Assembly: GCA_009692765.1 (NCBI GenBank)
Contig: SHYQ01000001.1
Location: 29,096-93,095, forward strand
Length of the DNA: 64,000 nucleotides
Origin: Dehalococcoidia bacterium
Lineage (GTDB): Bacteria > Chloroflexota > Dehalococcoidia > UBA2979
Direction: 5' to 3'
Shown here piece after piece: positions 10,351 to 19,847 of the stretch. Position 1 is the first letter of the stretch; every line of letters begins with the position of its first letter. The notes beneath the pieces were generated by a model. That model saw only the letters and a list, made by a program, of their open reading frames with translations, did not search any database and was not told the origin of the DNA. The position numbers and the translations under genes were made by a program.

Positions 10351-12162
10351 ATGGCCCTGCCCGCCGATCGCACCGTGCACGCGCTGTTGCAGTCGCTCTC
10401 CCGGAACGGGGTGCGGCACTTCGTGGTCGCCCCGGGCTCCCGCAACACGCCGATCACCATCGCCGCGACCGCGCCCGGGTCGCCGTTCCGCGTCTGGCTG
10501 CACCTGGACGAGCGCTCCGCGGGCTACTTCGCGCTCGGCATCGCGCGGCAGACCGGCGAGCCGGTGGCCGTCTGCTGTACCTCCGGTACCGCCGTCGCGA
10601 ACCTGCTGCCCGCCGCCGTCGAGGCGCGGCTGTCGCGCGTCCCGCTCATCCTCCTGACAGCCGACCGCCCGCCCGAGGCGCGCGACATCGGCGCGTCACA
10701 GACCATCGACCAGGTGGGGATCTTCTCGACGCACGTGAAGTGGGCGGCGGACCTGCCGGCAGCCGATGCGGGCGCGATCGACGACCTGGAGCGCTACGCC
10801 GCCGCGGCTGGCGCACGCGCCGCGGCAATCGCGTGCGAGGCCCCCGCCGGGCCGGTGCACCTGAACGTCCCCCTGCGGGAGCCGCTGGTCGACATTGACT
10901 CAGAAGAACTGCCGTTCGACCTCGGCGCGCCCGAGGTGCGGCGCGCGGTGGCCGCACCCTCCGTCCCGGCGCCCGCCGAGGTGGCGCGCGTCGTGAGCGC
11001 GGTCAGCGGTCGCCGGGGCGTGATCGTCTGCGGACCGGAGTCGGCCGGGCTGCCGGCCTCCGCCATCACCTCGCTCGCCGCGATCCTCGGCTGGCCGATC
11101 GTCGCAGACCCGCTGTCCGGGCTGCGCGCCGGGCGTCACCCGCTCGACGCCGTCATCGACCGCGCCGACGTGCTCGCCCGCGAGCCCGCGTTCACCGACC
11201 CCGCGACCCCCGAGGTGACGATCCGCTTCGGCGCGGCGCCGACCTCGAAGCCGCTCAACCAGTGGCTCACGACACTCGGTGATGCGCGGGGCAGAGGGGG
11301 CGCGACCCAGATCGTCGTCGACATGGCCGTCGCCGCGGGCGGCGGGTGGCGCGATCCGGACCTGCGCGCCGTGCTCGGCGTCGCCGCCGACCCCGGCGCG
11401 TTCTGCTCCACGCTCCTCGAAGCGCTCGACGCGCGGTCCGGCGCGCGCGCGGAGTGGCTTCCGCTGTGGCGCGATGCCAACGCCGCCGCGCGCACCGCGC
11501 TCGACGAGGCGATCGCGGACATCCGCGAGCCGTTCGAGGGCCAGGCCGTCGTCGACCTCGCAGGCGCGCTGTCTGAGGGCTCCACGCTCGTTGCCGGGAA
11601 CTCGATGCCCGTGCGCGATATCGACTCCTTCTTCCCGAACATGGACCGCGCGGTGCGGATCGTCGGCACGCGCGGCGCGAGCGGTATCGATGGCGTGACC
11701 TCGTCCGCGGTGGGCGCGGCGGCTGCGGCGTCGGTGGGGGCGGGGGGGGCGGTGGCGCTGCTGATCGGCGACCTGTCGTTCCTGCACGACATCAACGGCC
11801 TGTGGCCGGTACGTCGCCACGACCTGAGCCTCACCGTGGTGCTGGTGAACAATGACGGCGGCGGCATCTTCTCCTTCCTGCCGCAGCGCACGAGCATGCC
11901 CGCGCGCTTCGAGGAGTGGTGGGGCACGCCGCACGGCCTCGACCTGCGCCACGCCGTGGCGTTGCACGGCGGCCGCCACGCGCTGATGGACCATGGCCCG
12001 ACGAGCGGGGCGAGCGCGGCGATCGGCGACGCGCTCCAACGGCCGGGCCTCAACGTGCTGGAGCTGCGCACCGATCGCGACCGCAACGTGGCGCTGCACC
12101 AGCAGGTCTGGGCGCGCGCCACCGAGGCGGTGCGCCACGCCGTGGTCGCGGCGCGGGCATAG
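10351..12162 (+). CDS. menD: SEPHCHC synthase (ThDP-dependent)
   Basis: VVAPGSRNTP, DERSAGYFALG, CTSGTAVAN, LTADRPPE, GNSMPVRD, RGASGIDG and GDLSFLHD..NNDGGGIF. Confidence 0.95.
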   Translation: MALPADRTVHALLQSLSRNGVRHFVVAPGSRNTPITIAATAPGSPFRVWLHLDERSAGYFALGIARQTGEPVAVCCTSGTAVANLLPAAVEARLSRVPLILLTADRPPEARDIGASQTIDQVGIFSTHVKWAADLPAADAGAIDDLERYAAAAGARAAAIACEAPAGPVHLNVPLREPLVDIDSEELPFDLGAPEVRRAVAAPSVPAPAEVARVVSAVSGRRGVIVCGPESAGLPASAITSLAAILGWPIVADPLSGLRAGRHPLDAVIDRADVLAREPAFTDPATPEVTIRFGAAPTSKPLNQWLTTLGDARGRGGATQIVVDMAVAAGGGWRDPDLRAVLGVAADPGAFCSTLLEALDARSGARAEWLPLWRDANAAARTALDEAIADIREPFEGQAVVDLAGALSEGSTLVAGNSMPVRDIDSFFPNMDRAVRIVGTRGASGIDGVTSSAVGAAAAASVGAGGAVALLIGDLSFLHDINGLWPVRRHDLSLTVVLVNNDGGGIFSFLPQRTSMPARFEEWWGTPHGLDLRHAVALHGGRHALMDHGPTSGASAAIGDALQRPGLNVLELRTDRDRNVALHQQVWARATEAVRHAVVAARA

Positions 12163-12175
12163 GCCGGCTCGCGCC

Positions 12176-13018
12176 GTGCCCGACGCGATTGCGCGCGATA
12201 TCGAGATCGACGGTCTGAGCCTCCACGTCGAACGCGCCGGGAGCGGGCCCCCCGTCGTGCTGCTGCACGGCTTCACCGGCTCCGGCGCATCGTGGGCTCC
12301 GCTCCTCGAGGTGCTCGCGCCTGACTTCACGACGCTGGCCGTCGACCTCGTGGGCCACGGCCGGTCGGGGCATCCGGCGGCGAACGATCGCTACCGGATG
12401 CGCCGCGCCGTGGACGACCTGGCCGCGCTGCTCCACGCGCTGGGGCACGAGCGCGCCGCGTGGCTCGGCTACTCGCTCGGTGGGCGCACGGCGCTCCAGG
12501 TCGCCGTGCATCGCCCGGAGGTCGTCTCCGCGCTGATCCTCGAGGGCGCGACGCCCGGCTACGCGACGCCCGAGGAGCGCGCCGCGCGGGTCGCCGCCGA
12601 CGAGGCGCTGGCGCTGCGCCTAGAACGCGAGGGGCTGGAGGCGTTTGTCGACTACTGGCAGGCGATCCCGCTGTGGGACAGCCAGCGGCACACGCTGACC
12701 GACGAGCAGCGCGCGGCGCTGCGCCGGGGCCGCCTCGCGCAGCACCCGGCCGGCCTCGCGGGCTCGCTGCGGGGGATGGGCACGGGGGCGCAGGACTGGG
12801 TGGGCGACCGCCTGGGCAAGGTGCGCGTGCCTGTGCTGCTGACGGCAGGTACGCTGGACACTAGGTTCAGCGCTATCGCCCGCGAGATGGCGGCGGTGAT
12901 CCCGGACAGCGCCGTGCGGCTGATCGACAATGCCGGACACGCCGCCCACCTCGAGCGGCCGGCGGCCTTCAACACGCTGGTGCGCGATTTTCTGATCGGC
13001 GTGCGCGGACGGCTGTAG
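12176..13018 (+). CDS. menH: SHCHC synthase (alpha/beta hydrolase)
   Basis: [15 protein letters not shown] nucleophile elbow and AGHAAHLE. Lies between menD and menB. Start reassigned to GTG 12176. Confidence 0.9.
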   Translation: MPDAIARDIEIDGLSLHVERAGSGPPVVLLHGFTGSGASWAPLLEVLAPDFTTLAVDLVGHGRSGHPAANDRYRMRRAVDDLAALLHALGHERAAWLGYSLGGRTALQVAVHRPEVVSALILEGATPGYATPEERAARVAADEALALRLEREGLEAFVDYWQAIPLWDSQRHTLTDEQRAALRRGRLAQHPAGLAGSLRGMGTGAQDWVGDRLGKVRVPVLLTAGTLDTRFSAIAREMAAVIPDSAVRLIDNAGHAAHLERPAAFNTLVRDFLIGVRGRL

Positions 13019-13047
13019 GAGTGCGGCAGGTGGGGACTGAAGGGCTC

Positions 13048-13878
13048 ATGAGCGACATTCGCTGGCAGCCGGTACGGACGTACACCGACATCCTCTACGA
13101 CAAGGCGGGGGGGATCGCGAAGATCACGATCAACCGCCCCGAGGTGCACAACGCCTTCCGTCCGCTGACGATCGATGAACTCAGCGCGGCGTTCGTGGAC
13201 GCCGCGCAGGACGACGCGATCGGCGTGGTGCTGTTCACCGGCGCGGGCGGGCGCGCCTTCTGCTCCGGCGGCGACCAGCGCATCCGCGGCCACGCCGGGT
13301 ACGTGGACACCGAGGGGGCAGCGCGCCTGAACGTGCTCCCGCTGCAGCGCTTCATCCGCGAGATGCCGAAGCCGGTGATCGCCCTGGTCGCCGGGTACGC
13401 CATTGGCGGCGGGCACGTGCTGCACGTGATCTGCGACCTGACGATCGCCGCGGAGAACGCGCGCTTCGGGCAGACCGGCCCGCGGGTCGGATCGTTCGAT
13501 GCGGGGTACGGCGTGTCGATGCTGGCGCGGCTCGTCGGCACCAAGAAGGCGCGCGAGATCTGGTACCTCTGTCGCCAGTACGGCGCGCAGGAGGCGCTGG
13601 CGATGGGGCTGGTCAACGCCGTCGTCCCGCTCGACGATCTGGAGGCGGAGGGCGTGCGCTGGGCGAATGAGATCCTCGCGAAGTCGCCGACCGCGATCCG
13701 CTTCCTGAAGAACGCCTTCCTCGCCGACACCGACGGCGCGACCGGCCTGCAGGTGCTCGCCGGCGACCTCACGATGCTGTACTACACGACCGACGAAGCG
13801 AAGGAGGGACGCAACGCTTTCGTCGAGAAGCGCCAGCCTGACTTCACGAAGTTCGCGCGGCTGCCGTTCCATGGCTGA
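13048..13878 (+). CDS. menB: 1,4-dihydroxy-2-naphthoyl-CoA synthase
   Basis: [44 protein letters not shown] and [13 protein letters not shown]. Confidence 0.96.
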   Translation: MSDIRWQPVRTYTDILYDKAGGIAKITINRPEVHNAFRPLTIDELSAAFVDAAQDDAIGVVLFTGAGGRAFCSGGDQRIRGHAGYVDTEGAARLNVLPLQRFIREMPKPVIALVAGYAIGGGHVLHVICDLTIAAENARFGQTGPRVGSFDAGYGVSMLARLVGTKKAREIWYLCRQYGAQEALAMGLVNAVVPLDDLEAEGVRWANEILAKSPTAIRFLKNAFLADTDGATGLQVLAGDLTMLYYTTDEAKEGRNAFVEKRQPDFTKFARLPFHG

Positions 13879-14785
13879 TTCGCCGCCGCCCGGTCCGCTG
13901 GCTGCGCCGGGCCGCCTGCGCGTGTGGGCGATGGCGATCCGCCCGGCCACGCTGACCGCAGCGGTAGTGCCGGTGGCGGTGGGCACCGGAGTCGCCGTGC
14001 ACGACGGCGTGCGCGCCCCCCTCGCGGCGCTCGCGGCGCTGATTGGGGCGCTTGCGTTGCAGGCCGGCGCGAACCTCGCGAACGACCTCTCGGACTTCCG
14101 CCGCGGCGCGGACACCGCGGCGCGCCTCGGCCCGATGCGCGTCACCCAGCACGGACTGCTCAGCGAGCGCCAGGTGACGATCGGCGTCGTCGTCTGCTTC
14201 GCGCTCGCAACGGTCGTCGGGCTGTACCTCACCACCCTCGGCGGCTGGCCGATCGTCGTGATCGGCGTCGCTGCGATGCTCGCGGCGGTGACGTACACCG
14301 GCGGGCCGTGGCCCTTCGGCTACCGCGGCCTCGGCGAGCTCTTCGTGTTCATCTTCTTCGGCGTGGTCGCTGTCGCGGGCACCTACTACGTGCAGGCGGG
14401 GGGCGTGACCGCCGGTGTCTTCGCTGCGTCGCTCCCGGTGTCGCTGACCGTCACGGCGATTCTCGTCGTGAACAACGTGCGCGACATCGATACCGATCGG
14501 CTGGCGGGGAAGTACACGCTGGCCGTCTACCTTGGCCGCCGCCTGGCGCGGACGGAACTCGTGGTCGTCGTCGGGGGGGCGTACGTGGCGGCGGCGGCGC
14601 TCTGGCTGCTGGGCGACTTCTCCGGCTGGGTGCTGCTGTCGTGGCTGTCGGTGCCGGCCGCCGTCGTCCCGGTGGCGGTGGTGCTGCGTCGCACGGACGG
14701 TCCGCCGCTGAACGCGGCGCTGCGGGCGATGGCACGGCTGCACCTGATCTTCGGGCTGCTGCTGGCGATCGGGCTCTCCACCTGA
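13871..14785 (+). CDS. menA: DHNA polyprenyltransferase
   Basis: [34 protein letters not shown] and NNVRDIDTD; UbiA-family TM pattern. Confidence 0.94.
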   Translation: MADSPPPGPLAAPGRLRVWAMAIRPATLTAAVVPVAVGTGVAVHDGVRAPLAALAALIGALALQAGANLANDLSDFRRGADTAARLGPMRVTQHGLLSERQVTIGVVVCFALATVVGLYLTTLGGWPIVVIGVAAMLAAVTYTGGPWPFGYRGLGELFVFIFFGVVAVAGTYYVQAGGVTAGVFAASLPVSLTVTAILVVNNVRDIDTDRLAGKYTLAVYLGRRLARTELVVVVGGAYVAAAALWLLGDFSGWVLLSWLSVPAAVVPVAVVLRRTDGPPLNAALRAMARLHLIFGLLLAIGLST

Positions 14786-15960
14786 CGCCCCCGCGAGGGG
14801 ACGCCGCGCGTATCCGCTGGCGCGCGTTCCGGCTGCCGATGCGCCATCGGTTCGAGGCGGCGCACGGCGCGATTGCGGATCGCCGGGGCGTGCTCATCGA
14901 GATCGCGGACGGCGAGGGCTACGTGGGCGTCGGCGAGGCTTCCCCGATCCCCTCACTCGGCTACGGCACCGTCGAGGACGTGCTCGTGCTGCTCCAGCGC
15001 TACGGTGCGGCGCTGCCGGCAACGCTCGATCTGCTCCATGCGCTCGACCCGCGTGCACCCGGCGTGCTGGCGCTGCGCTGCGCAGTCGACGTGGCCGCGC
15101 TGGACCTCGAAGGGCGACGCGCGGGGCGGTCGGTGGCTTCGCTGCTCTCGACGGCCGCGACGAACGTTGCGTCCGCGGTGCGCGTCAACGCCGTGATCGG
15201 CGAGGGTGCCCCCGAGGAGACCGCGCGCTACGGCCGCGGGGCGGCCGCGCAGGGCTACGCCGTGCTGAAGGCGAAGGTCGGCAGCGCCGCGCTCGCGGAG
15301 GATGTGCGGCGCATCGCCGCGCTGCGCGAAGCTTGCCCCGGCGTCGCGATCCGCCTCGACGCGAACGGCGCGTGGGACGAGGCGACGGCGGTCGCCGCCC
15401 TCCGTGCGTTCGCCCCCCACGGCATTGAGCTGATCGAGCAGCCCGTCGCCGCAGGGGAGGTCGAGGCGCTGGCGCGGGTGCGTGCCGCCGCGCACGCGCT
15501 CGGTGCCGCGACGGGGGGCGGACCGCTGATCGCCGCCGACGAAGCAGTCGCCGACCAGGACACCCTCGCGCGCGTCTTCGAGCAGCGCGCCGCCGACCTC
15601 GTGGTGCTGAAGCCGATGTTCCTCGGCGGGCTGCGGCCCGCCGTCGCGATCGCGCAGCGCGCCGCCGCCTGCGGCATGGGCGCGTTCGCGACGACGACGT
15701 TCGACTCCTCGATCGGGACGGCGGCGGCGCTGCACCTGGCTTGCGCGATGGATGGGGCCGGCGAGATCGCGCACGGGCTGGGCACCGGCGAGCACCTGAC
15801 GGCCGACCTCGTGGTGCACACGCTGGTCGCGCGGGATGGCATGCTCTCGCTACCGTCGGGCGCCGGACTGGGCGTCGCACCGGAGGAGGCGGCATGGCAT
15901 CGTGTGGCCGAGGGCGACTGGATCACTGCGCCGTACGCGCACCCGCCGTGGCGGCCGTAG
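14782..15960 (+). CDS. menC: o-succinylbenzoate synthase (enolase superfamily); start uncertain
   Basis: GVGEASP, KAKVG, RLDANGAW, IEQP, AADE and VLKPM. Homology appears to extend upstream of ATG 14839; the nearest candidate start is CTG 14782 overlapping the menA stop. Confidence 0.88.
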   Translation: MTPPRGDAARIRWRAFRLPMRHRFEAAHGAIADRRGVLIEIADGEGYVGVGEASPIPSLGYGTVEDVLVLLQRYGAALPATLDLLHALDPRAPGVLALRCAVDVAALDLEGRRAGRSVASLLSTAATNVASAVRVNAVIGEGAPEETARYGRGAAAQGYAVLKAKVGSAALAEDVRRIAALREACPGVAIRLDANGAWDEATAVAALRAFAPHGIELIEQPVAAGEVEALARVRAAAHALGAATGGGPLIAADEAVADQDTLARVFEQRAADLVVLKPMFLGGLRPAVAIAQRAAACGMGAFATTTFDSSIGTAAALHLACAMDGAGEIAHGLGTGEHLTADLVVHTLVARDGMLSLPSGAGLGVAPEEAAWHRVAEGDWITAPYAHPPWRP

Positions 15961-15989
15961 CGCGCCCGCAGCCGCCCGTGGAGGGACCG

Positions 15990-17534
15990 ATGACCCTGAC
16001 GCCCGCGACCACCGGCACGCCGCTGCTCTCCGTCGAGCTCTGCGACTGGGTCGCCCGGCGCGCCTCGACGCACGCCGAGGTGATCGCCGTCGAGTGCGGC
16101 GACGAGCGCCTGACGTATCGCGCACTCGACGCGCGCGTAGGCGCGGCGGCGGCGCGTCTCGTCGCGCTCGGTGTCCGCGCGGGCGAACCGGTGGGGCTGT
16201 TGCACGCGAACGACAACGGCTTCGCCCTCTTCGTGCACGCGATCACCCGGGCCGGTGCGCTCTGCGCGCCCTTCAACGCGCGGCTGACGGTGAGCGAGAT
16301 CGCATGGCAACTGCGCGATGCCGGCGCGCGCTACCTCATCGCAGATGCGGCCAACGCCGAGCACGCGGCGCTCGCCCGCGCGGCGGCCGAGGAGGCCGGT
16401 GTCACGCTGCTCGCGGCGGGGGACGCTGCGTGGCGCGGTGCTCCGCCGGGCGCTGGCGTACCGATCGCCGAGCCGGAGGCGGTTCCCTTTGATCGCCCCC
16501 ACAGCCTGCTCTACACCTCGGGCACCACGGGGCGGCCGAAGGGGGTGGTGCTGACGCACGGCAACTTCTACTGGAGCGCCGTCGCGTCCGCGGAGCACCT
16601 CGGCGTCGCGTCCGACGACCGCTGGCTCGCCTGCCTGCCGCTGTACCACGTCGGCGGGCTGTCGATCCTGCTGCGCAGCGCGATCTACGGCACGACCGCC
16701 GTCATCCACGAGCGCTTCGATGAGGCGCGGGCCGTGCGCGCGCTGCGCGAGGAGCGCGTGACGCTGCTGTCCGTGGTCGCGAACATGCTCCAGCGGATGC
16801 TAGCGCTCGACGGCGAGGCGTACCCCTCGACGGTGCGCGCCGTGCTGCTGGGCGGCGGCCCCGCGCCGCGCCCGCTGCTGGAGGCCTCGGCGGCGCGCGG
16901 GCTGCCCGTGCTGCAGACGTACGGGCTGACCGAGACGGCGTCGCAGGTTGCCACGCTCTCCCCGGCGGACGCGCTCCGCAAACTGGGGTCGGCGGGGCTG
17001 CCGCTGCCCGGCACCACCGTGCGCATCGAGATCGAGGGCGTCGAGGCCGCGACCAGCGAGGTCGGCGAGATCATGGTGGCCGGGCCGACCGTGTGCGCGG
17101 GCTACCTGCACCGATCCGACGAGACGGCGCGGGCGATCCGCGGCGGCTGGCTGCACACCGGCGACCTCGGCTACCTCGACGCCGAGGGCTACCTGTACAT
17201 CGCCGACCGGCGCGACGACCTGATCATCTCCGGCGGCGAGAACGTCTACCCCGCGGAGGTGGAGTCCGCGCTGCTCGCGTTCCCCGGCATCGAGGAGTGC
17301 GCCGTCGTCGGCCTCCCCGACGAGCGCTGGGGGGCGCTGGTGGTCGCGGTGATCGTGCCGAGCGGCGCCGGCGCCTCGGGTATCGAGGTCGCCGCCGTGG
17401 AGGCGCACCTCCGCGCGCGCCTCGCGGGGTACAAGGTGCCGCGGCGCGTCGAGGTCACCGCGGAGCCGCTCCCACGCACCGCCTCCGGCAAGGTCCAGCG
17501 CCACCTCGTGCGCGAGCGGCTCCTCCCAGCGTAG
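15990..17534 (+). CDS. menE: o-succinylbenzoate--CoA ligase
   Basis: YTSGTTGRPKG, LPLYHVGGL, TYGLTETASQ, HTGDLG, SGGENVYP and PRTASGK. GGAGGG RBS before ATG 15990. Confidence 0.92.
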   Translation: MTLTPATTGTPLLSVELCDWVARRASTHAEVIAVECGDERLTYRALDARVGAAAARLVALGVRAGEPVGLLHANDNGFALFVHAITRAGALCAPFNARLTVSEIAWQLRDAGARYLIADAANAEHAALARAAAEEAGVTLLAAGDAAWRGAPPGAGVPIAEPEAVPFDRPHSLLYTSGTTGRPKGVVLTHGNFYWSAVASAEHLGVASDDRWLACLPLYHVGGLSILLRSAIYGTTAVIHERFDEARAVRALREERVTLLSVVANMLQRMLALDGEAYPSTVRAVLLGGGPAPRPLLEASAARGLPVLQTYGLTETASQVATLSPADALRKLGSAGLPLPGTTVRIEIEGVEAATSEVGEIMVAGPTVCAGYLHRSDETARAIRGGWLHTGDLGYLDAEGYLYIADRRDDLIISGGENVYPAEVESALLAFPGIEECAVVGLPDERWGALVVAVIVPSGAGASGIEVAAVEAHLRARLAGYKVPRRVEVTAEPLPRTASGKVQRHLVRERLLPA

Positions 17535-17643
17535 CGAGGAGCCTCGCGGTCCGCCGCGGCCTCGCCCGCGCTGGCGTGTTGACGTGGGGCGGGGGTGCGC
17601 GACAATCGCCTTCCACCCGACGGATCGCGGGAAGGTCTGCCCG

Positions 17644-18870
17644 ATGCCCGACCCACTGTCTGAGAACACCACCTACCTCGATCTGCACGTGCATTCCGCG
17701 GACGGTTCGGACGACGCGGGTGGCACGGTCGAGGGCTACCTGAAGTGGATCACCGCGCGCCGCGCGCACGGTCTCCGCATCGATGGCTTCGTGGTCACCG
17801 AGCACCGCCGTTTCGACCCGGACCGCGACTACTCGGCGCTCGCCGCGCGCTACGGTGCGATCGTGCTGCGCGGCGTGGAGGTGGAGACCGACATCGGGCA
17901 TGTGCTGGTCTTCGGCGTGACGCCGGAGTTCCTGAGCCGGTTCGATCTGACCTCCATCTCGCTGCCCTCGGAGGAGGTCTTCCGCGCCGCCTGGGAGACC
18001 GGTGGCGTTGCTGTGGGCGCGCACGCGGGGCGTCCGCGCATCGGCTGCGTCGAGCACGTCGATGAACGCGGCGTCACGCTCGAGGGCGTCCATGTCCTCG
18101 AGGCGCTGAACGGCGGCAGCAACGACTACGAGAACGGGCGCGCGTTCGACCTCGCAGACGCGCGGGGGCTGCGGGCCGTGGGCGGATCCGACGCGCACTT
18201 CGTCAGCGCGCTCGGCGGCTGCCTGACGCGCTTCGACCGCGCGATCCACACGGTCGACGACCTGGTTGCCGCGCTGCGCGACCCGGCGGCGGCGTACACG
18301 CCGATCTACCTAGAGGACACCGCGGAGGGCGTGGAACCGCGCCCCCGTCCCTCCGGCACGCCGGTGCTCCAGCCGTTCTCCAGCGGCCAGGGCACCCTCG
18401 GCGGCGACGTGATCGAGTACGACCGCAGCGTCGTGGGGCGCGAGGTGCTGGTCGGCAGCTTCGAGGTCACGCGCGAGCTCATCGCCAGTTTCTGTCAGGC
18501 GCTCGACGAGCGGAACCCGCTGTACACGGACGAGGCGTTCGCCGCGCAGGGCCCGCACGGCGGGATCATCGCGCCGCCCGGCATCATTCAGGCGGTGCGC
18601 ATGGGTCCGGCGCCCAACCCCGGCGTGAAGTTCGGCAGTTCGACGATGATGGCGGGGCAGTTGCACGAGTACTACCTGCCGGTGCGCCCGGGCGACACCA
18701 TCGAAGGCTTCGCGCAGGTGCGCGAGGTCTATGAGAAGACCGGCCGCAGCGGCCGTATGGTCTTCGTGGTGCGGCGCACCCGGTTCGCCAACCAGCACGG
18801 CGAGGACGTGGCCGCCTTGCAGACCACCAGCGTGCATCGCGAGATGCGTCCCGTGGGAGAGGCGGAATAA
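17644..18870 (+). CDS. Fusion of a PHP-family phosphoesterase domain and a MaoC-N/HadA-type hot-dog domain
   Basis: N-half carries the PHP motifs DLHVHS, TEH, GH, AH and GGSDAH. C-half reads FCQALDERNPLYTDEAFA..GIIAPP, PVRPGDTI, YEKTGRSGRMVFV. TTGACG-N16-GACAAT promoter-like site at 17579-17606. Confidence 0.8.
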   Translation: MPDPLSENTTYLDLHVHSADGSDDAGGTVEGYLKWITARRAHGLRIDGFVVTEHRRFDPDRDYSALAARYGAIVLRGVEVETDIGHVLVFGVTPEFLSRFDLTSISLPSEEVFRAAWETGGVAVGAHAGRPRIGCVEHVDERGVTLEGVHVLEALNGGSNDYENGRAFDLADARGLRAVGGSDAHFVSALGGCLTRFDRAIHTVDDLVAALRDPAAAYTPIYLEDTAEGVEPRPRPSGTPVLQPFSSGQGTLGGDVIEYDRSVVGREVLVGSFEVTRELIASFCQALDERNPLYTDEAFAAQGPHGGIIAPPGIIQAVRMGPAPNPGVKFGSSTMMAGQLHEYYLPVRPGDTIEGFAQVREVYEKTGRSGRMVFVVRRTRFANQHGEDVAALQTTSVHREMRPVGEAE

Positions 18871-18871
18871 C

Positions 18872-19330
18872 GTGGACGATGCACTGACCCAGCGCTACTT
18901 CGAAGAAGTCGCCGTCGGCGATGAGTTCGAAGAGTGGCAGCAACCGACCAGCCCGCACGTGGCCGCGTTTACCGCCATCTCGGGAGCGCTGGCCGGCGAT
19001 GGCCGCTTCCACGATCACGCGGCCGCGCGGGCCGCCGGCCTCGAAAAGGCGATCGTGCCGGGGCCGATGTCGGCCTCCATGCTCACGCGCCTGGTGACGG
19101 ACTGGATGGGGCCGCTCGGCCGCGTCCTGAGCCTGGACGTCTCATACCGGCGTCCGGCGTACCACGACGATCGCCTGCGCTGCGTGGCGCTGGTCACGGA
19201 CGTGAACGGCGACGGCGACTACGAGGGGACCGGCGAGGGCGCGGTGCACCTGGACGTGACGATGGAGAGCGAGCGCGGCGACAAGCCGGTGCAGGGCACG
19301 GCGATCGTCGTCATGCCGCGCCGGGGCTAG
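18872..19330 (+). CDS. MaoC-family (HadB-like) hot-dog protein, copy 1
   Basis: RYFEEVAVGD, GDGRFHDHAAARAAGLEKAIVPG. GTG start 1 nt after the upstream stop. Confidence 0.82.
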   Translation: MDDALTQRYFEEVAVGDEFEEWQQPTSPHVAAFTAISGALAGDGRFHDHAAARAAGLEKAIVPGPMSASMLTRLVTDWMGPLGRVLSLDVSYRRPAYHDDRLRCVALVTDVNGDGDYEGTGEGAVHLDVTMESERGDKPVQGTAIVVMPRRG

Positions 19331-19343
19331 GCGAGATCCGCCG

Positions 19344-19826
19344 GTGCGGTCCGGCCGCGCCACGGTCGGCGATCCGCTGCCCGTGCAGCGTTACCTCGAA
19401 GATGTCTCCGTCGGCGACATGTTCGAGGAGACGCAGCAGCCCACGCACGCGCAGGTGGTGGAGTTTCTCGACATCACAGGGCTGTTTCCGGGAGACGCGC
19501 GGATCACCGACGCCGAGACGGCCCGCGCCGCCGGCCTCGAGGCGGCGATCGTGCCGGGCCCCATGTCGGCCTCCATGCTCACGCGGCTGGTGACGGACTG
19601 GATGGGCCCGCTCGGTCGCGTGCTAAGCCTCGATGTCTCGTACCGGCGGGCGGTGTGGCACGACGATCGCCTGCGCTGCGTCGCGCTGGTCACCGATGTC
19701 AACGGCGACGGCGACTTCGAGGGCACGGGCGAGGGCGCGGTGCATCTGGATGTGACCCTGGAGAACGAGCGCGGGGAGAAGCCGGTGCAGGGCACGGCGA
19801 TCGTCGTGATGCCCCGCCGGGCGTAG
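19344..19826 (+). CDS. MaoC-family hot-dog protein, copy 2 (tandem paralogue); start uncertain
   Basis: RYLEDVSVGD. C-terminal 93 residues match copy 1 at 85 positions (counted by eye). Confidence 0.8.
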   Translation: MRSGRATVGDPLPVQRYLEDVSVGDMFEETQQPTHAQVVEFLDITGLFPGDARITDAETARAAGLEAAIVPGPMSASMLTRLVTDWMGPLGRVLSLDVSYRRAVWHDDRLRCVALVTDVNGDGDFEGTGEGAVHLDVTLENERGEKPVQGTAIVVMPRRA

Positions 19827-19847
19827 GCGGCGCGCCCCCAGCCCGCG

